Source: a virus. From it: a stretch of 64,000 bases of DNA. Below are positions 27,946 through 36,035 of the stretch, in pieces. The translations under genes and the position numbers were made by a program. Every line of letters starts with the position of its first letter. Within the stretch, counting starts at the first letter, position 1. The notes beneath the pieces are model-generated. The model was not told where the DNA came from, made no database searches, and saw nothing but the letters and a program-made list of their open reading frames with translations. The stretch covers positions 1-64,000 of the IMG/VR virus record IMGVR_UViG_3300033489_000005; one strand, written 5' to 3'.

Positions 27946-28415
27946 CATTCACATGGGCCGGAGGCGCGGGCGCACGCATCCGGTTTCTCAGCCGCCGGAG
28001 AGGGAACCCCACGGCTTCGAATCTGTTACCGATGGCGCGCAGGAGTCGAACCTGCACCCGGCGCCGGGCCACCAAGAACGCGAACGCTTCATGAGGGATA
28101 GACCAGCGTTGCAACCCCGGTCAGTCCTTTGTCGCGAACCCCCGCTTGAGCGGGGCATCGGTAATCTGGCGAGAGGAGTTGCGTTTGGGCCTCGCCCGTT
28201 TGAACCACAAGACTAGCGTTAACCGCAACTCCCCTCATAAACTCGGCGGGCGGGGCATCGGATATAGCCCACGCTTTCGGCTTGCTGGCTCTTGTACAGC
28301 TCCCGCCTTCAAATCTTAACGACCGAGGCCCGTTGACGCGTCGGGCCTCGGTCGACAGAGGCGCTTCCCGGAGATGGACGTCACTATACCGGGCCGCGTT
28401 GCTCGTCTCAAAAAC
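27946..28415 (-). ncRNA. about 470-nt highly structured non-coding region co-oriented with the tRNAs, ending in a T-arm-like hairpin plus GCCA; function unknown
   Basis: Several 13-bp perfect or near-perfect stems. The 3-prime part reads GTGCAGG-TTCGACT-CCTGCGC-GCCA. The only ORF here (28089..28445) starts inside a tRNA and looks non-coding. Confidence 0.3.
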
Positions 28416-28490
28416 TGGCTGGGGCAGGTGGATTCGAACCACCATAACGCGAGTGATTAGCTCGCCGCCTTACCTGTCAGCCACACCCCA
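28416..28490 (-). tRNA. tRNA with Gln-like scaffold (U1-A72, G73, 3-bp D stem, encoded CCA) but anticodon loop CUAAUCA (formal anticodon AAU)
   Basis: Hand-folded cloverleaf: TGGGGTG/TGCCCCA acceptor, GGTGG-TTCGAAT-CCACC T arm, GCGAG-CTAATCA-CTCGC anticodon arm. Confidence 0.7.
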
Positions 28491-28717
28491 TAACGCCGCG
28501 ACACGAGGCCGGGCGCCGTCTCTGTGGGTCAACGGACCCTCCGCACTGGGCAGCGGTCAGCCCCGGCTTATCGGCGTCAAGACAGGGGGAGAATGAACAA
28601 AAAACTCCCCTGCAACGTGGCGCTCGCTTCCCCCGGCGGGGAATTGGGACCTGGACGCCGGGCGCCTCTCTTGAGGCTCACACGGACAGGGTTAGACCCG
28701 GCGTCCAGGAGGCTGAG

Positions 28718-28805
28718 TGGGCAGGTCAGGATTCGAACCCAAGAACCGCATCAAGCGGGGGCGGATTTACAGTCCGCTGGCGCTCACCACGCGCCACGCC
28801 TACCC
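28718..28805 (-). tRNA. tRNA-Tyr(GTA), type II with long variable arm, no encoded CCA
   Basis: Hand-folded: GGGTAGG/CCTGCCC acceptor, GCGGA-CTGTAAA-TCCGC anticodon arm, CCGC-TTGAT-GCGG variable arm, TTGGG-TTCGAAT-CCTGA T arm. Confidence 0.8.
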
Positions 28806-28899
28806 GAATTCATGACGGCAGGGGAAATGCAACAAACCCCTGCCGTCTCATGCGTTCGCGCCTCAAATGCCGCTGAGTCGCGCTTCGCATCCCTCATAG

Positions 28900-29217
28900 T
28901 CAATTTCCCTGCGTCGCCCCAATTCGAGCGTTGAACAGCAATTGGCTGGTGTCCCGTCGCTTCTGAAAGACTTCAGCCCTCTTCTTTGCGGACAACTCCC
29001 ATACGCGCGTTCTCGGGTTTTTCCCCAAAAAATGGACGCCAGCACATTTGGCGTGATAGAGGCTGCTGTATGGCTCGATATCAAATCTGGTGTACAGCAT
29101 ATCATGCATCTTAGAGGCGCTGACAGGCCCGTCAGCCAGGGCCTCGCATATGGCGTTCTGTATAGCCAGACTCCGCTTTGCCCGCCTGCCGGTCTTTGCC
29201 TGTCCTGCCAGCGCCAT
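28900..29217 (-). CDS. putative winged-helix/HTH DNA-binding protein
   Basis: Internal ATG (MALAGQAKTGRRAKRSLAIQNAICEALADGPVSASKMHDML...) of track ORF 28900..29262. The size and pattern are those of small transcription regulators. Confidence 0.45.
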   Translation of the reverse strand: MALAGQAKTGRRAKRSLAIQNAICEALADGPVSASKMHDMLYTRFDIEPYSSLYHAKCAGVHFLGKNPRTRVWELSAKKRAEVFQKRRDTSQLLFNARIGATQGN

Positions 29218-29503
29218 CTCACCACCCCATGCGCTTTGGGCGCTTCGTCTTGTTGTAGACATTCATATATTCGTAAGCCCGCATTAAAAGACTCATCAGG
29301 CTTCTTACGGCGACACCACCAGTTTATCCCCCCTTGTGGGCGGCTGGTAGGCGTTTCGTCTTTTTATTGGCGCCGCCCGACAAGGGAAACAGGTTGTCAG
29401 CCAGTTCCAATGTAGACAACCCGCGCATTCGGGCGGCGCTAAAGGTGCTTAGAAGGTAAACGGGCAGGGGGAGCCGGGGGCAACTCCCCCTATGGGACTG
29501 TGT

Positions 29504-29869
29504 TCAGGCTTCGTAGCGAACTAGCGATGGGTCGCTAAACCCGCTGACCAACTGTCTAACCCAGTCCGACACGCGTTGCAACATGTTTTTCGTTCGCTGA
29601 ATCTCTTTTTCTGGGGAGAGCCAACGGGCGAACGCCTTGTGAAAAAGATGCTCCTCAAGGCTGACCGGCGTCCAAACGCCGGTATAGCGGAACTCCAAAG
29701 AACGAGATTTGTCATAACGCTGGAGCTGCATCAACCACGCCCATTCGTTTTCGAACCAGATGGACGCCCCGGCGGGCACTTCGAAAGTGTTGAACCCCAG
29801 GCGGACCGCGTCACGCTCTGACGGCGTCAGGGCCACCCATTCCTCGTTTGTGAGCTGACAGACAATCAT
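29504..29869 (-). CDS. hypothetical protein
   Basis: ORF with its ATG at 29869 in a TGATG overlap with the upstream stop. Confidence 0.65.
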   Translation of the reverse strand: MIVCQLTNEEWVALTPSERDAVRLGFNTFEVPAGASIWFENEWAWLMQLQRYDKSRSLEFRYTGVWTPVSLEEHLFHKAFARWLSPEKEIQRTKNMLQRVSDWVRQLVSGFSDPSLVRYEA

Positions 29870-30111
29870 CACCAAACCGCCTTTGACCGCCGGGCGCGTC
29901 TCCAGGCGTCAATGATGCGCTCCATGGCGTCAGCGCCCGTCTCGGCGTCATGAGCGGGGATGATATTCACCTCGGTAGGGACTTCATCATCAAGAGATTC
30001 GAGCAAATCAAGCTCGAACTCTACATCGTCTGCCAATATTGAAACGACAGCAGACAGGTCGACCCACTGGAAAACACCAGGGCGACCGCGAGCTTTGAAC
30101 TTAAATATCAT
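29869..30111 (-). CDS. hypothetical protein
   Basis: 80-aa acidic ORF, translationally coupled. Confidence 0.65.
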   Translation of the reverse strand: MIFKFKARGRPGVFQWVDLSAVVSILADDVEFELDLLESLDDEVPTEVNIIPAHDAETGADAMERIIDAWRRARRSKAVW

Positions 30112-30428
30112 CGTCTTCCTCTTTGTCTATAAGGCCTGAAACTTGGTCTGCGCGCACACGCATGTAGCATGTGTGCTTTTTGTGAAACTGATGAAACGTG
30201 TATCCGGGGGGCAACCCCTCTGTGTTCGGCTCTGTCTTGCTGCGTTAGAACAAAGCGATATTCTTCATCAGGAAGTATTTCATGGGTAATACGGTCTTTA
30301 TCGTACACCCTAATGCTGTCGTAAACTATCCCGTACTCGGCAGAGCTATCATTCAGATAAACAGATCTGCCATTCTGAAGTTGTTCAAGGCATACCTTGA
30401 ACGAGATGATTTGCTGTTTCTTAAGCAT
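30108..30428 (-). CDS. hypothetical protein
   Basis: 106-aa ORF with a lower-GC 5-prime half. Confidence 0.6.
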   Translation of the reverse strand: MLKKQQIISFKVCLEQLQNGRSVYLNDSSAEYGIVYDSIRVYDKDRITHEILPDEEYRFVLTQQDRAEHRGVAPRIHVSSVSQKAHMLHACARRPSFRPYRQRGRR

Positions 30429-30431
30429 CTA

Positions 30432-31037
30432 TTACCCGCCGACCCCATCACCGCTGCGCGAGCGGTCCTTAATGCGAAGGTTCATCCAGGCCGAGAGCGC
30501 CGTCTTGGCGTTCGCCAGGGGGATGACGTCAAGTACGCCAGCGATAGGTTCGTTGGGCATACACGCATGATTCGTATAATCAATCTGGTCAATGAGGACC
30601 GCCAGGGCGGCGTAAAGCTCCTCGCCTGCGTTCTGCCAATCAAGTACGGGCTCAACCTTCGGGGCAGCGCCCTTGAAAGACTCAAGGAATTGAGCGGCCT
30701 TATCAGGCCCGCTAGAACTGCCACCCATTATCTGTTCTCCCTCTTTCCTGAAAAAGTCCATGAACCCATCCATGCGCCGGGGGCTGTGAGCCCACGACTT
30801 GCGGACGCCATACTCGGTGAAGCCGCCCGACAGCATCTTGCCGTTGCGCTCCTGCAGGGCAGATATCGCCGCGAGCTTGGCGTCTCCCACCGTGTCGAAC
30901 GGGGCGGCGTCCTTCTCCTCGTCGACAAGGAGAACTGCAAAGGCCCCTTGCTGCATGGGGCGCTTGTTGTACGCCACGAACCGCTTGTACGTGCCGCACG
31001 GCGTCGAGAGGATGGCTACAAATTTTCCATAACTCAT
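30432..31037 (-). CDS. hypothetical protein
   Basis: 201-aa ORF. The opposite-strand ORF 30282..31088 looks like a shadow. Confidence 0.65.
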   Translation of the reverse strand: MSYGKFVAILSTPCGTYKRFVAYNKRPMQQGAFAVLLVDEEKDAAPFDTVGDAKLAAISALQERNGKMLSGGFTEYGVRKSWAHSPRRMDGFMDFFRKEGEQIMGGSSSGPDKAAQFLESFKGAAPKVEPVLDWQNAGEELYAALAVLIDQIDYTNHACMPNEPIAGVLDVIPLANAKTALSAWMNLRIKDRSRSGDGVGG

Positions 31038-31105
31038 ATATATACCTCGAGTTCGTTCAGCACCCCGTCACCTCTTTATAGTAGTTGAACTCATGGATGA
31101 AGTCT

Positions 31106-31381
31106 TCAGTCTTTCTCATCGTTAATCCTTATCGTGAAAGAGACGACCAGATACCCAACGCCAAACACGAGCATCATCATAAGTAAGGCGAAGATAATAA
31201 CAAAGAACGAGATGGCCATAATCTTGGCTATCGTCAGGAAGAGGGGTATCTGAAACAAATCTCCTATGAAGCCGAAGATAACACCGATGAATAGAATAGA
31301 CCAGATAGCGACACCGGCAACTATATTGAGCCGGTCTTTTCTGGGAACCGGACGCCCCAGCTTGTCTTTGATGTAAATCAC
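31106..31381 (-). CDS. small integral membrane protein
   Basis: 91 aa with two or three hydrophobic helices (VAIWSILFIGVIFGFIG...FFVIIFALLMMMLVFGVGYLVV). Confidence 0.65.
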   Translation of the reverse strand: MIYIKDKLGRPVPRKDRLNIVAGVAIWSILFIGVIFGFIGDLFQIPLFLTIAKIMAISFFVIIFALLMMMLVFGVGYLVVSFTIRINDEKD

Positions 31382-31425
31382 GTTCCACCCATGGGATAGG
31401 CGACGCCGGAGCGTCGCCGTTGTTA

Positions 31426-32154
31426 TCAGCTCTTGTTGTGCTCTTCTTTCGGCTTCACCTGCTCAGCGGCGCTGATGGCGCGGTCAAGAAAATCACGGAC
31501 ATTGACCAGCTCGACGTCAACGTGCTCCCAGCTGAACGACTTCGCCATCATGACGCTGCGGTCCATCAGCATCCTGATGTCACGCAGACTTTGAATCAGC
31601 CTGCCGCGCATATGCTCCTCAGGGTTCGGCGCGGCGACGAGCGCCAACAGCTCATCAATAATGGGGGAGGGGGAAGAGGCTCGCCCGGCGGATTCCTTGG
31701 GGGTTATCTCCTCGCGAATCGTCGCTAAGAGGCTGCGTATGTCGCCAGGATTGACAGCGTGGAACTTGATTTCTCCGCTATCAAGAGGGATTTCGAAATA
31801 GGAGCCAAGGGCGTTGTCCGAGGCTGGCTTCGGGCTGGAGGCCTCCAGGTCTGCGGCCTCTATGCTCGCGGCTCCCGCTCCCCAGGGACCATCAACCTTG
31901 GCTTTCAACGCGGCGCGCTCGGCGCTGCCCGGCTCTGAAAAGGGGGAACCGGATATTTCCAGGGGGGCGACTTCATCGGCGGCGCCCTCAACCGGCGCAG
32001 GGCCAAACTTGGGCGCTTTCTCCGCCGCGAGCATGTTTTCCACATATTCGCACCCGAATTTCAGCGCGCTCTCGCGGCTCCGATTGGGGATATCGCAAAC
32101 GCCGCAGTCCTGGTCAACTGCCTTGTAAGCGGGGTTGTAGGTTAGTTTACTCAT
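31426..32154 (-). CDS. hypothetical protein (first gene of the leftward operon)
   Basis: The ATG at 32154 is preceded by GAGAGAG. The track start at 32190 is GTG. Confidence 0.65.
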   Translation of the reverse strand: MSKLTYNPAYKAVDQDCGVCDIPNRSRESALKFGCEYVENMLAAEKAPKFGPAPVEGAADEVAPLEISGSPFSEPGSAERAALKAKVDGPWGAGAASIEAADLEASSPKPASDNALGSYFEIPLDSGEIKFHAVNPGDIRSLLATIREEITPKESAGRASSPSPIIDELLALVAAPNPEEHMRGRLIQSLRDIRMLMDRSVMMAKSFSWEHVDVELVNVRDFLDRAISAAEQVKPKEEHNKS

Positions 32155-32247
32155 GTTTTCTCTCTCTGATGACGAATTATCTTCGTTCACCGATTACATA
32201 GTCCGAATAGGTTCGGACCGCAAGGGGGAAATCGGATTCGGTGAATT

Positions 32248-32276
32248 TTTATTGAACTGGAATAAACCCACGTCAA
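32248..32276 (-). promoter_or_regulatory. candidate sigma70-type promoter for the leftward replication operon
   Basis: Minus strand: TTGACG, 17 nt, AATAAA, with an A-rich upstream element. It lies about 60-90 nt upstream of the first minus-strand gene. Confidence 0.4.
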
Positions 32277-32310
32277 GCTTTTTATTTGCATACAGAGACA
32301 AAAGGGAGGG

Positions 32311-32457
32311 TTGACCGCGCGAGCCGGGCGGGCCTAACCTGCTGCCTCGCATCTGGGTTCTCGAACCCTGGCGCATGGATAGGGAGGCCACCCGAATAGC
32401 TGCTGGAAGGCTTCCCGGCGGCTCTCCATGCCTTTCCTAAGAAGCCGGGAGAAGCCC
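32311..32457 (+). promoter_or_regulatory. conserved promoter (TTGACC-N17/18-TAACCT) plus structured leader, family member 1
   Basis: Shares the TTGACC -35, a gccggg-containing spacer, and a leader with stem-ATAGGG-N-CCCGAA-...-stem-TTTCC with the copies at 35906, 36730 and 38657. Confidence 0.5.
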
Positions 32458-32679
32458 ATGGACCACCGCACCCGTACATGCAGAGATTGTAGTTTTTGGG
32501 AACAGAGTAGCCCAAAAAGTCTCTATGGGGTATGCGTAAGAAATTCTCCGCGCCCACAGCAAGCTGTACATGGTGAAGACGTGTGTGAACACAGAACATT
32601 TTGGCCTCTCACTGAACAGCATGAGAGGTGTGGAGATTTTGTGTTTGAGACCATAAGACCCGTCATAACATTTCCATAA
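32458..32679 (+). CDS. small Cys-containing protein (hypothetical)
   Basis: MDHRTRTCRDCSFWEQ...GVCVRNSP...WPLTEQHERCGDFV. RBS GGGAGAAG. It starts at an internal ATG of track ORF 32428. Confidence 0.6.
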   Translation: MDHRTRTCRDCSFWEQSSPKSLYGVCVRNSPRPQQAVHGEDVCEHRTFWPLTEQHERCGDFVFETIRPVITFP

Positions 32680-32681
32680 AG

Positions 32682-32720
32682 AAAAAACCCCCAGACCTGG
32701 AACTCTGGGGGTTACTTTAT
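32682..32720 (+). terminator. terminator/attenuator hairpin
   Basis: Stem AACCCCCAGA / TCTGGGGGTT flanked by an A-run and ACTTTATGCTT, between the small gene and the primase gene. Confidence 0.5.
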
Positions 32721-32743
32721 GCTTGCAACAACAAGGAGTTACT

Positions 32744-35533
32744 ATGAATTCATCTCGGCAGGAGACAAACCTTGCCTGCGCTCTTAGGCTCGCAAAGGCG
32801 GGGTACTCGGTATTTCCGCTGCAATATCCCAGGTTGTCAAGCAGTTTCACGATAGAAGCGCCTCTGCAACCCGGAAAATACACATGTTCATGCCATGCGA
32901 CCCGTTTTGGAGTCCCTTTAAGCGCTGCAGAGCGCAGTAGGGGGCTTACGCATGAGTTCGACCGGGGTTGTTGTGAACAAATCGGAAAACACCCTCTGTG
33001 GATAAGGGGCTTGTTCGAGTCCGGCCACAACGACGCGACCAACGACGTCGCCAAAATCACCAAGGCGTGGACGAAACACCCGGACGCCAACATCGGCATC
33101 GGTGGAATTTTCCATAACCCAGACGGCTCGACCTCGCGAATCATCGCAATCGACGTCGACGGCAACGCCGACCCGGAAAAGGACGGAGAGGCGACTATCG
33201 CCGCTCTTGAACAAAAGTATGGGCCTCTGCCGGTTACGTGTGAAGTCGTGTCGGGGCGCGAAGTCCCCGGCCGCGACATCGGCGGCCGTCACCTCATTTT
33301 CAGGATACCGGACGACTGGGGCGGAGTGTTTAAACGCACTCTCGGACCGGGCGTCGACATCAAATGCGCCGGGCTCGGCTACGTCGCCGCGCCCCCCTCG
33401 CTCCACAAGTCCGGCAAGCGTTACGCCTGGACGGCGACGCCGGACGGGGGGCCGGTCACGGCTCCGGAGTGGCTGCTGACCGAGGCGAGCCGCCCGGCGC
33501 AGGCCTCCGGCAAGAGCGGCCCGTCAACTCCCGTGGGCGACCCCTACGAGCCGGGCTCGATGCTGTCGAACGGCCTGCACGGCATCAGCTGGCAGGAGAC
33601 GGAGACCGGAGACCTGGAGGCTGTCGTGGGGGCTGTCATGGCGCTCGACGGCGACTGTGATTTCCGCCTGCGCGGCCAGCGCAAGTTCATGTCTCCCGAC
33701 GTTTTCAAGGAAATCCACTGGTCTCTGCGCGCCCTGCAGGACTGGTTCGCCCACGACCCCCGCGTCAGCACGCTGGCGTTCGCCCACGCGCATCAGTTCG
33801 CCGGGCACGACGAGCAGCGCTATTTCTCCACCCTGTGGAATTACCGGCGACCCAACGGCCGCGAATTCGGCCGTGGGCATCTTTTCGCCGCTGCTGACCG
33901 CGCGGCGCCGGGCTGGAGGCTGAGGTTGCCGGACGCCGCGCGCCGCGCGGCCCGGCGACTGCATGACGACGGTTCAGCTGTCGACATCCCAGCATGGATT
34001 TCCCCCGGCGCAATGGCCGGCGCCGGGGGCTCGCCTTCCGCGCGGCCAACGGCCGGCATGGACGGCGCGGGAAGCCCGGCGGCTCCGTACCCATCCGCCG
34101 GGGGGCCAGAGGGCGCAGATGGCCCAACACTCTCTCATGGCAACCCGGCGCGCTCGGCGCAGATTTTCCGTGAAACCCAAGCAAAGACGCTGATATGGGC
34201 GAACGGGGACTATCTGAACTGGGAAAACGGAGCCTATGCCGCCGAGGAAGTCGACGGCGTCGCTTCTGACGTCCACAAATTCCTCAAGCGGGCGAAAACA
34301 CGCACCAAATCCGAGACGGGGGAAGAGAAGATCAGCGCGTTCATCCCGCTCAACAAAGATATAACGGAGGTGACAGGGGCGCTGAAGCGGGAATACCACA
34401 AACCTCCGATGGACAAGCCACGGTGGATGAACGGAGTCACCGGCCCTGACCCCCGGAACATCATTTCATTTCCGAATGGGCTTCTCGACATAACGACAGG
34501 CGTTCTGTACGCGCCGAACCCAAATTTTTTCACCTACAACGCTCTTGGGTTCAAATATGACCCGGACGCCCCGGAGCCGGTCAACTTCCTCGCGTTCCTT
34601 GAATCGATTTTCGCCCCTGACCAAGTTAGAGAGGCTATCCCGCTGCTTCAGAAAATGTTCGGGTATCTGGTATCTGGTGATACCAGCATGCAGAAGATTT
34701 TTATGATTATAGGTGAGACCAGGAGCGGTAAAGGTACTCTTTCAGGAGTTATCAAGCATCTACTTGGTGAGCCTAACTATAATTCCTCAACCCTAAGTAG
34801 ACTTGACTCAAAATTTTCTATGGAATCGATGATAGGTAAGAGTATTACTGTCATTCCTGACGCACATGTTGGGAAAAAATCCGATTCTCAAGTAGTTGTT
34901 GAGATACTTAAGTCTATTTCTGGAGAAGACACTCAAAGTGTCGAGCGCAAATGGAAGGCTGATTGGACTGGAGTCTTGGGAACTCGCCTATTAATTCTAG
35001 CTAATAGAGCCCCAAAACTTATGGACACGTCGCAGGCTCTTGCTAATCGGCTCGTCGTATTCACAACGCCAAATTCTTTTGAAGGGCGTGAAGATTATAA
35101 GCTGGCGGAGAAGCTGGCGGCAGAAGCCCCAGGAATCTTGAATTGGGCGCTGCAGGGGCTGAAAGACCTCCGGGCGGATGGGCGCTTCATTCTTCCGAGC
35201 TGGGCTTCCGCCAGCCAGAGAGAAGTCGCCGAACTCGGCTCGACGGTTCAGGCGTTCTTCAACGAGTGCTGCGAATTCAGCCCGGCCGGAAAAGTCGGAA
35301 AGCAAGCGCTGTATGAAAAATATGTGGCGTGGGCGCTAGCGGCGCGCGAGCCCGTGACTCTGTCGAGACGTCAGTTTGCGGCTGACCTGTACAGTATTGG
35401 GCGCGGGAAAATCACAGGTCGTAAGGATGAAGTGAAGTTGCCGGTGACTGATCACACCGGCAAACCAGTGCGCGATAAAGACGGGAAACCGGAGAGAGCT
35501 ACAGCCTATGGTGGTATTTTAATCAGAATTTAG
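32744..35533 (+). CDS. bifunctional primase-polymerase / D5-P4-type helicase (NTPase)
   Basis: The N-terminal prim-pol-like region has AGYSVFPL, IIAIDVDG and GYVAAPPSLHKSGKRYAW. The C-terminal part has the P-loop GETRSGKGT and Walker B VIPDAHV. RBS AAGGAG lies before the ATG at 32744. Confidence 0.85.
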   Translation: MNSSRQETNLACALRLAKAGYSVFPLQYPRLSSSFTIEAPLQPGKYTCSCHATRFGVPLSAAERSRGLTHEFDRGCCEQIGKHPLWIRGLFESGHNDATNDVAKITKAWTKHPDANIGIGGIFHNPDGSTSRIIAIDVDGNADPEKDGEATIAALEQKYGPLPVTCEVVSGREVPGRDIGGRHLIFRIPDDWGGVFKRTLGPGVDIKCAGLGYVAAPPSLHKSGKRYAWTATPDGGPVTAPEWLLTEASRPAQASGKSGPSTPVGDPYEPGSMLSNGLHGISWQETETGDLEAVVGAVMALDGDCDFRLRGQRKFMSPDVFKEIHWSLRALQDWFAHDPRVSTLAFAHAHQFAGHDEQRYFSTLWNYRRPNGREFGRGHLFAAADRAAPGWRLRLPDAARRAARRLHDDGSAVDIPAWISPGAMAGAGGSPSARPTAGMDGAGSPAAPYPSAGGPEGADGPTLSHGNPARSAQIFRETQAKTLIWANGDYLNWENGAYAAEEVDGVASDVHKFLKRAKTRTKSETGEEKISAFIPLNKDITEVTGALKREYHKPPMDKPRWMNGVTGPDPRNIISFPNGLLDITTGVLYAPNPNFFTYNALGFKYDPDAPEPVNFLAFLESIFAPDQVREAIPLLQKMFGYLVSGDTSMQKIFMIIGETRSGKGTLSGVIKHLLGEPNYNSSTLSRLDSKFSMESMIGKSITVIPDAHVGKKSDSQVVVEILKSISGEDTQSVERKWKADWTGVLGTRLLILANRAPKLMDTSQALANRLVVFTTPNSFEGREDYKLAEKLAAEAPGILNWALQGLKDLRADGRFILPSWASASQREVAELGSTVQAFFNECCEFSPAGKVGKQALYEKYVAWALAAREPVTLSRRQFAADLYSIGRGKITGRKDEVKLPVTDHTGKPVRDKDGKPERATAYGGILIRI

Positions 35534-35552
35534 CTATTTTTAGCTAAATCCT

Positions 35553-35890
35553 TGTCCGGTAGGAAACCTGTCAATGTCCGGTATCTTTTTTGGGAAAGAA
35601 ACCGGACATGAGCGCAAGCCCGCTGTTAAAATCGTAAGATTTTTTAGCGGGCTTTTTATTGTCCGGTATCTTGCCCCGTGTCCGGCCGCCGTCCGGCTCC
35701 TAGTCCGGCTCTAAGCTATTGAATTTAAAGAAATGTCCGTCTGTCCGGTATTTTTTTCTTGATACTCAAAAAATATATAAAAAAGGTTTATATGTTAAAA
35801 TTATGTAAAAATATAATAGGGTTTATGTATAAATTATAAGGTGTATATAGGGTGGTATTTAAATAGGGTTTTGAACCGGACACCGGACAC
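35553..35890. repeat. iteron cluster (TGTCCGGTATCTT and shorter GTCCGG units, both orientations) flanking an AT-rich block; origin-like
   Basis: Copies at 35553, 35575, 35601(inv), 35660, 35678, 35691, 35703, 35733(variant), 35742, 35875(inv) and 35883(inv). The AT-rich stretch spans about 35756-35870. Confidence 0.6.
35617..35660 (+). terminator. rho-independent terminator after the primase-helicase gene
   Basis: Stem AGCCCGCT / AGCGGGCT followed by TTTTTATT. The loop is unusually long at 21 nt. Confidence 0.5.
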
Positions 35891-35905
35891 GGAGCCGATT
35901 GTGGG

Positions 35906-36035
35906 TTGACCGGACGCCGGGCGTCAGCCATAAGGGGTGGGCGGCGGATAGGGCGACGGCCTGAAACACCCGCTCTTATGCTTTCTGGCAGGTTTTCCGC
36001 CGCCTCATCTCACAGAAAGCATAGAGGAAAGCAGA
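35906..36035 (+). promoter_or_regulatory. conserved promoter (TTGACC-N17-CATAAG) plus structured leader, family member 2
   Basis: Leader: GGCGGCGG(35940-47)-ATAGGG-...-CCTGAAA-...-CCGCCGCC(35997-36004). Confidence 0.5.

Noticed and set aside
28028-28060. The T-arm fragment as an attP core, that is, the 3-prime end of a host tRNA used for integration.
   Set aside because: No integrase or excisionase is recognisable anywhere in the window, and the fragment does not have the full T-stem + acceptor + CCA spacing of a tRNA 3-prime end. This cannot be excluded without host sequence.
27946-28415. Possible phage-encoded tmRNA, based on the T-arm plus CCA-like end and repeated GGGGCATCGG on the plus strand.
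   Set aside because: There is no GGGG...UCCACCA acceptor pairing. The 3-prime strand after the T stem is too short. No plausible tag ORF ending in an Ala-Ala stop was found. The region is kept only as an unexplained structured region.
28089-28934. ORFs across the tRNA region (28089..28445 -, 28282..28596 +, 28524..28934 +, 27872..28114 -).
   Set aside because: They start or end inside well-folding tRNAs, lack an RBS and coding-like composition, and cover hairpin-rich sequence.
29369-29440. Nested inverted repeats (GGCGCCGCCCGA...TCGGGCGGCGCT enclosing GGTTGTC...GACAACC) upstream of the putative HTH gene.
   Set aside because: This is a single occurrence with an imperfect outer arm (11/12) and no linked motif elsewhere. 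It may be an operator or leader hairpin, but the evidence is too thin to report as a finding.
30282-31088. The 268-aa plus-strand ORF opposite 30108..31037.
   Set aside because: It would be a lone plus-strand gene inside a coupled minus-strand operon. The minus-strand ORFs have ATG starts abutting upstream stops, and the plus product looks low-quality.
32437-34399. Antisense ORFs inside the primase-helicase gene (32437..33279 -, 32918..33406 -, 33524..33964 -, 33765..34184 -, 33974..34399 -).
   Set aside because: These are shadow frames of a GC-rich gene with clear prim-pol and P-loop motifs on the plus strand.
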